Below are positions 56,003 to 64,000 of a stretch of 64,000 bases of DNA, piece after piece; the first letter of the stretch is position 1; each line of letters opens with the position of its first letter. Source of the DNA: Octopus vulgaris (lineage: Eukaryota). Made by a program: the position numbers and the translations under genes. The stretch covers positions 35,712,001-35,776,000 of the forward strand of contig OX597836.1 of the NCBI GenBank assembly GCA_951406725.2, in the 5' to 3' direction. The notes under the pieces are model-generated. The model had not been told where the DNA came from and ran no database searches. It saw nothing but the letters and a program-made list of their open reading frames with translations.

Positions 56003-56202
56003 TTTTTACTCTTTTACTTGTTTCAGTCATTTGACTGCGGCCATGCTGGAGCACCGCCTTTAGTCGAGCAAATCGACCCCGGGACTTATTCTTTGTAAGC
56101 CCAGTACTTATTCTTTCGGTCTCTTTTTTGCCGAACCGCTAAGTTACGGGGACGTAAACACACCAGCATCGGTTGTCAAGCAATTCTAGGGGGACAAACG
56201 CA

Positions 56203-56258
<56 letters not shown>

Positions 56259-56424
56259 CATATATACGACAGGCTTCTTTCAGTTTCCGTCTACCAAATC
56301 CACTTACAAGGCATTGGTCGGCCCGGGGCTATAGCAGAAGACACTTACCCAAGGTGCCACGCAGTGGGACTGAACCCGGAACCATGTGGTTGGTTAGCAA
56401 GCTACTTACCACACAGCCACTCCT
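56003..56424 (-). mobile_element. SINE family C, near full length
   Basis: Reverse complement of the 20268-20680 type; internal (CA)n(TA)n; TAAAAGAG tail repeats. Confidence 0.9.
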
Positions 56425-56589
56425 TTGCTCATTATTCAAAATTGCAAGTGGGCTGCGGAGACTGAAGATGGAATTTGCAGGACTTCAGATTTTAACAGAC
56501 TTGCTTCTAAAGGATTGTAAAATACGAAATAAATTCTTCAAAATATATTTTGTAAATCTGTGTAAGAAGTAAGTTTTTCGCTCCACACT

Positions 56590-58360
<1,771 letters not shown>

Positions 58361-58500
58361 AAATGAGATAATTGAATTATAGAACCCTAGAAGTTTGGTT
58401 TCTGCAATAATGGTTCATTCTGACAAGTGTTGTATGAAGAACATTTTGCTTGTGCCTCTGTGTGTATCAGCACTTTTACGTAACTATGTGATGGTTGGCT

Positions 58501-58751
58501 GATCATCATCATCATTGTTCGACCGTGGTCGAGACAATGGAATTTACCATGCTACGCCAGACTTCACGGTCCATCATGGCATTACGGAGGTCCTGTTGCT
58601 GGATGCCTGTATCCCGGGAGATTACATCAGGGTAAGAGAGTGTGCGCCCTCTGGTATTGCGAGAAGATGGCTTCCAGAGGAGAAGAGTAGAAATTACTTC
58701 TTTTTCAGCTCTACAACAATGTCCAGCAAACTGGACTCTCCTACCTTTCAC
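58501..58751 (-). mobile_element. RTE-clade LINE 3' end, same family as 47330-47793
   Basis: KGRRVQFAGHCCRAEKE...MMDREVWRSMVNSIVSTTVEQ* with a (TGA)n tail; flanked by a GGTTGGCTGAT direct repeat (TSD). Confidence 0.88.
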
Positions 58752-58933
58752 TAGGTTGGCTGATAAGTTAATTGATTAACCAAGATACTCTCATGGAACG
58801 TGACCAAAAAAGGTTTAGTTTTCAGTACAGTCCGCCTTATTACCCCCCACACTCATCTCCATTGTTGTTGCAATGCTTGGATCCTGTAGTTGAAGACGCT
58901 TCCATCCTGTGGGATAAAAAATTTATTAACAGA

Positions 58934-59327
58934 CTAGCAGTATCGCCCGGCGTTGCTCGGGTTTGTAAGGGAAATAACTATAAAGCATTTTTAGAGAGTT
59001 ATAGCCAAAAATTAGCAAAAAAATGCATTAAAAATGGAAAACATATGATGGTAAATTTTTTTTTAAATCGTTGACTCATCGTAGACATTTTTAGAGAGTT
59101 ACTTCCCTTATATTAAAAAAAATATGAATTAAAATGGAAAAATTGATGGTAAATTATTTTTAAAATCGTAGACTCATCGTAGACGCGCGCTAATACCAAG
59201 AAGGGCTCGATATGAATCACGACTATAAGATACCCGGTTTTGGTTAAACTGCACCGCAAAATGTGGGAGTAGTTAGGAATCTAAATCGGAGTAGACAGAC
59301 ACACAACCTTACTTTTATATATAAAGA
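58934..59327 (-). mobile_element. Non-autonomous Helitron
   Basis: A|TC...CCCGAGCAACGCCGGG...CTAG|T; no TSD. Confidence 0.85.
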
Positions 59328-59449
59328 TGTGACGTCATCATCACTGAAATACTGGTTCCCAGCAAATTTATTTCTTTCGAGATAGTCAGATATAGATAAA
59401 TCAGGATGTTATGGGGGTTTATCAGCCAGTTCAAAGCCCCAGTCACGCA

Positions 59450-59700
59450 TACACCCATTGAAACCAAACACTTGTACGCTGAAGCGTTGTTCAGGTAGAA
59501 CAAGACCCATTTCGTCGGTTTTTCTAAGCGGTTGGCGTTGATAGCCCTTCATAACTACCTCAACAAGTTGGCATAGTACTCTCCATTGATGATATGGCCG
59601 TTTTAAAGATAGTCAATAATCTCAATGCCCTTAGCAATCCAAAAATCTGGGACCATCACCTTCGTTGAAGATGAACTGACCTTGGCCTTTTCTGAAGCTC
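59450..59700 (-). mobile_element. Old mariner transposase fragment
   Basis: KVM...FW.AKGI.IIDYL*NGHIINGEYYANLL...VLFYLNNASAYK. Confidence 0.75.
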
Positions 59701-59824
59701 GCTGTTTTATTGTCTGAATTATTAACATCTATAAACCTTTGGTATAAAGAAGAATTTTCCATAAGATTAATGCACTGAGTTTTATTGCCAAAATTATTAA
59801 TATCCATAAATCTATGGCATACAC

Positions 59825-60040
59825 AAGGATGTACTGAAAAGTTCTTGTCTTTAGGTGAAAAACAATACAAGTGGATCAGTTAATTATGATTTTATTCAAC
59901 ATATTCCCTTTTAGATTCACACACTTATTGCAGCGGTCCTTCAGTTTTTGTAACCCAATGTAAAAGAATTGTGATGTTTGGGCCTCCAACAAGGCCTTTC
60001 ACGATATGCTTAATGCCAGGAACTTTACAGCATCTCCTCA
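59825..60040 (-). mobile_element. Mariner-derived MITE (second copy at 61134-61335)
   Basis: Degenerate TIRs AGGATGTACTGAAAAGTTCTTG/CCAGGAACTTTACAGCATCTCCT; minus strand encodes GLQKLKDRCNKCVNLKGEYVE*, a mariner C-terminus. Confidence 0.7.
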
Positions 60041-61924
60041 TATATACATCGAATGGCCCTGGAGGTGCGGTAGAGTAAGATAGGTATCAAATGCATCTAT
60101 AGTAAAAAAAATGTTTGAGAATGATTGCTTTAAATCATGAATAGTGTTTCCACAGAATTTATTAATCATCTGTAATTGGGTAATTTAAAGTGCTGTATAC
60201 AAGAAAAGCAAGGATGCACATTCTTCCGAGACTACATTTATAGAGAAGGCGGAATACCGTGGAAAATGCATGCGGGGGAAGATATATTTCTTTCAGATAT
60301 TTCCTAAGTGAACTTTGGATTCGTATCAAGAAAACGCCAAAGAGATCAAGGCAAGGAAGTATTCGAAATTAATCTCCTTAATATGAAAAGAAAGATAAAG
60401 TTCAAACAAAGTTCTAATTCCTTGCAAGGCACATTTCTCAAAGACATCAAGCATTTCTTTTACTCTGGCACATTATTAATGATGTTCTTAAATGCACGTG
60501 CGCAAACAGACATGTACAAACACGCACGCACGCAATACGCATACACAAACACATACACACACAAAAGCGCAAACAGACACACACACACACACACACACAA
60601 ACTCACACATACTTACAAATCATATTTCAAGCAACATTCGAATATCTTATTAGTTTGCTAATCGGAAAATATATATAATTACCATATTAATGACAGCACC
60701 AGAGAAAATGCAAGCTAGAATAATCAACAGACAATCTCACTCATTTTACATTAAGAGGTCGTGAACCTGACTTCTGAGGTGACCCTAAATGCAGAAACAT
60801 TGAAATATTATCAGCTATTTTTATTATTCATGCTTCAAATCTTACCCTGTGAAACACGAATGTGCGATCGTTATATAACAAAAATCAGTTTAAATCAGTG
60901 TTAATTTACACAATTCACACTACAAAAATTTATGATGTAATCAGTGAATTTTTCCTATGCAATAGATTTATGGATGTTAATAATTCAAGCAATAAAACTC
61001 AGTGCATTTATCTTATGGAAAATTCTAGAATATGACATAGATTTATATTTCTACAATACAGAAAATATTTTAATTTTTTAATACAATTCCTGATATTTAG
61101 TTATAAAAATACAGTAGGATTTTATTTTATACCAGGATGTACTGAAAAGTTCTTGTCTTTAGGTGAAAAAAAATACAAGTGGATCAGTAAATTATGATTT
61201 TATTCAACATATTCCCTTTTAGGTTCACACACTTATTGCAGCGGTCCTTCAGTTTTTACAATCCAATGTGAAAGAACTCTGATGTTTGGGCCTCCAACTA
61301 GGCCTTTCACGATATACTTAATGCCAGGAACTTTAGATGTTAATAATTAAGGCAATAAAACAGCGAGCTGGCAGAATCTTTAGCACGAAACGCGAAAATC
61401 TTAGCGGCATTTCGTTCGTCTTTAGGTTCTGAGTTCAAATTCTGCTGATGTCGAGTTTCCCGTTCATTCTTTCGGGCGTCGATAAGATTAAACATCTGAG
61501 CACATAGTGCGATGATATCGACTTGGAACAGTTTCCCTGAAATTGCTGGCGTCGTGCCAAAATTTGAAACGATTAATTCACGCATTCGTGTATCTGCAAT
61601 GATTCGGAAGAATCGTTTTTAAATAAGATTACTCAAATGGATCAAAACAGAAGGGAATAAATCTATTCAGTGTTACCAAGGTTTGATTTGACGTAAGAGA
61701 AATTTGGAAATTAATCCGATTATTTTAGAAAGTTTCAAGAAGAAATTTAATTCTAAAGATTCAGATCCTTATGACGATAACATAGATTTTAATCTGTAAC
61801 AGAAAATCCTGCCAAATTACACGGAGGTAGGAGGAATTATTCGACACCTTTACCATTTTTGATCGCTGTGTCACAGTGAGAACAACACTTAGGAAGTTTC
61901 ATTTTTGACTTACAACAGTTTGAC

Positions 61925-62389
61925 ATACATACATACATACATGCATGCATGTATGTAAGTATGTATATATGTATGTATGTATGTACGTATGTACGTATGT
62001 TTGTATGTATGTATGTATCGATGTATGTATGTATGTATGGATGGATGGATGTATGTATGTATGTATGGATGGATGTATGTATGTATGTGTATGTATGTAT
62101 GTATGAATGTATGTATGTATGAATGTATGAATGTATGCATGTAAGTATGAATGAATGTATGTATGTATGTATATATGCATGTATGTATGTATGTATGTAT
62201 GCATATATGGATGTATGTATGTATGTATGCATGTATGTATGTATGCATGTATGTATGTATGTATGCATGTATGCAAGCATTCACGTATTTATGTATGTAT
62301 GTATGCATGTATGTATGTATGCATGTATGTATGTATGTAAGTATGTATGTATGTATGTAAGTATGTATGTATGTATGTAAGTATGTATG

Positions 62390-62420
<31 letters not shown>

Positions 62421-63489
62421 GTATGTATGTATGTATGCATGTATGCATGTATGCATGTATGGATCTAAGTATGAATGTATGTATGTATATATGCATGTAT
62501 GTATGTATGTATGTATGTATGTATGTATGTATGTATGTAGGTATGAATGTATGTATGGTATGTATGTATGTATGCATGTATGTATGTATGTATGTTTGTA
62601 TGTATATATGCATGTATGTAGGTAAGTATGTATGTATATATGCATGTAAGTATGTATGTATGTATGTTTGTATATATGCATTCATGTATGTATGTATGCA
62701 TGTATATATGCATGTAGGCATGTGTGTATGTATGTATGTATGTATGTATGCATGTATGCATGCACGTAAGTATGTATTCATGTATGTATGCATGTATGTA
62801 TGTATGCATGCATTCACGTATGTATGTATGTATGTATGTATGTATGCATGTATGGATGCATGTAGTTATGTATTCATGTATGTATGTATGCATGTATGTA
62901 TGTATGTATGCATGCATGCATTCACGTATGTATGTATGTATGTATGTATACATGTATGCATGTATGTATGATGTATGTAAGTATGTAAGTATGTATGTAT
63001 GTATGCATGTATGCATGTATGTATGTATGTATGCATGTATGTATGTATGCATGTATGTATGTATGTATGCATGCATGCATTCACATATGTATGTATGCAT
63101 GTATGCATGTATGTATGTAAGTATGTAAGTATGTATGTATGTATGTATGCATGTATGTATGTATGTAAGTATGTAAGTATGTATGTATGTATGCATGTAT
63201 GCATGTATGTATGTATGTATGTATGCATGTATGTATGTATGCATGTATGTATGTATGTATGCATGCATGCATTCACGTATGTATGTATGTATGTATGCAT
63301 GTATGTATGTAAGTATGTAAGTATGTATGTATGTATGTATGTATGTATGCATGTATGCATGTATGCATGTATGCATGTATGTATGTATGCATGTATGTAT
63401 GCATGTATGTATGTATGTATGCATGCATGTATGTATGGATGTATGTATGTATGCATGTATGTATGTATGTATGTATGTATGTATGTATG
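61925..63489. repeat. ~1.5-kb (ATGT)n-derived satellite with higher-order subrepeats
   Basis: GCATGCATTCACGTATG-type variant recurs at roughly 100-200-bp spacing. Confidence 0.9.
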
Positions 63490-63962
63490 ACAGTTACTTT
63501 TGAGAAGTCTCTAGTTGCGCATGAGAAAGTAAGGAGGGATGTCAGGAAGGGCATCGCTGTTACGCTTCCAGATGGGATAGTCTTCCTATGATGCTGACAT
63601 GCAGTGTCTGTGCAAGACCCTGCCTCAGTAAAGCTGAACTCAAGAGTCATCTTCGTAGTCATAAAGCTAGACAGATGAGAGACAACCTGGCCACTGATGG
63701 TGGTGTTACACACCATGCTAATCATATCTGTGAAGCATGTGGAAGAGAGTGTAATTCGGCAGGAGGACTTAAACAACATGCAAAGGTACATGAAGCCCAG
63801 TTACAACTACAGCCGGCTATTACCGGTAAAGGTTTTAGCTGCCATTTCTGTACAAGACAATTTAGATCTTTTGCTGGGCTAAAAAGTCACATTCGATCAC
63901 AGCACCAGTAACAGTTAAGCTTTGTGCAATGGCCATACTCGATAACGAGGGGGCAGCCATCA
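63490..63962 (+). mobile_element. RTE-like LINE 3' end with three C2H2 zinc fingers
   Basis: TFEKSLVAHEKVRRDVRK, frameshift, then CSVCARPCLSKAELKSHLRSH, CEACGRECNSAGGLKQHAKVH and CHFCTRQFRSFAGLKSHIRSQH*; short 3' UTR; (ATGT)n on both flanks. Confidence 0.65.
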
Positions 63963-64000
63963 TGTATGTATGTATGTATGTATGTATGGATGGATGGATG

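Overview
AT-rich animal genomic DNA dominated by microsatellites ((TA)n, (ATAC)n, (AAT)n, (CA)n, (TCTA)n) and transposable elements. The tRNA-derived SINE families and microsatellite load strongly resemble an octopus (cephalopod) genome; this is an inference from pattern recognition, not a database match. I found no intact host gene, and almost all ORFs in the supplied track are microsatellite translations. Recognisable coding remnants are a frameshifted histone H2A fragment, a full-length decayed mariner, a Penelope-like (PLE) GIY-YIG endonuclease region with an inverted terminal repeat, and 3' fragments of RTE, Dong/R4, Tx1 and CR1-group LINEs. There are also non-autonomous Helitrons and MITEs. 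The most interesting signal is non-coding: at least six sequence-unrelated small elements sit in or beside (TA)n tracts and carry minimal type-I hammerhead-ribozyme motifs (CTGATGA...GAAAC-NNNN-GTH). Several share one architecture, (TA)n - unique tail - long inverted-repeat arms - (TA)n, consistent with a dense population of microsatellite-targeting, ribozyme-bearing PLE fold-back derivatives.
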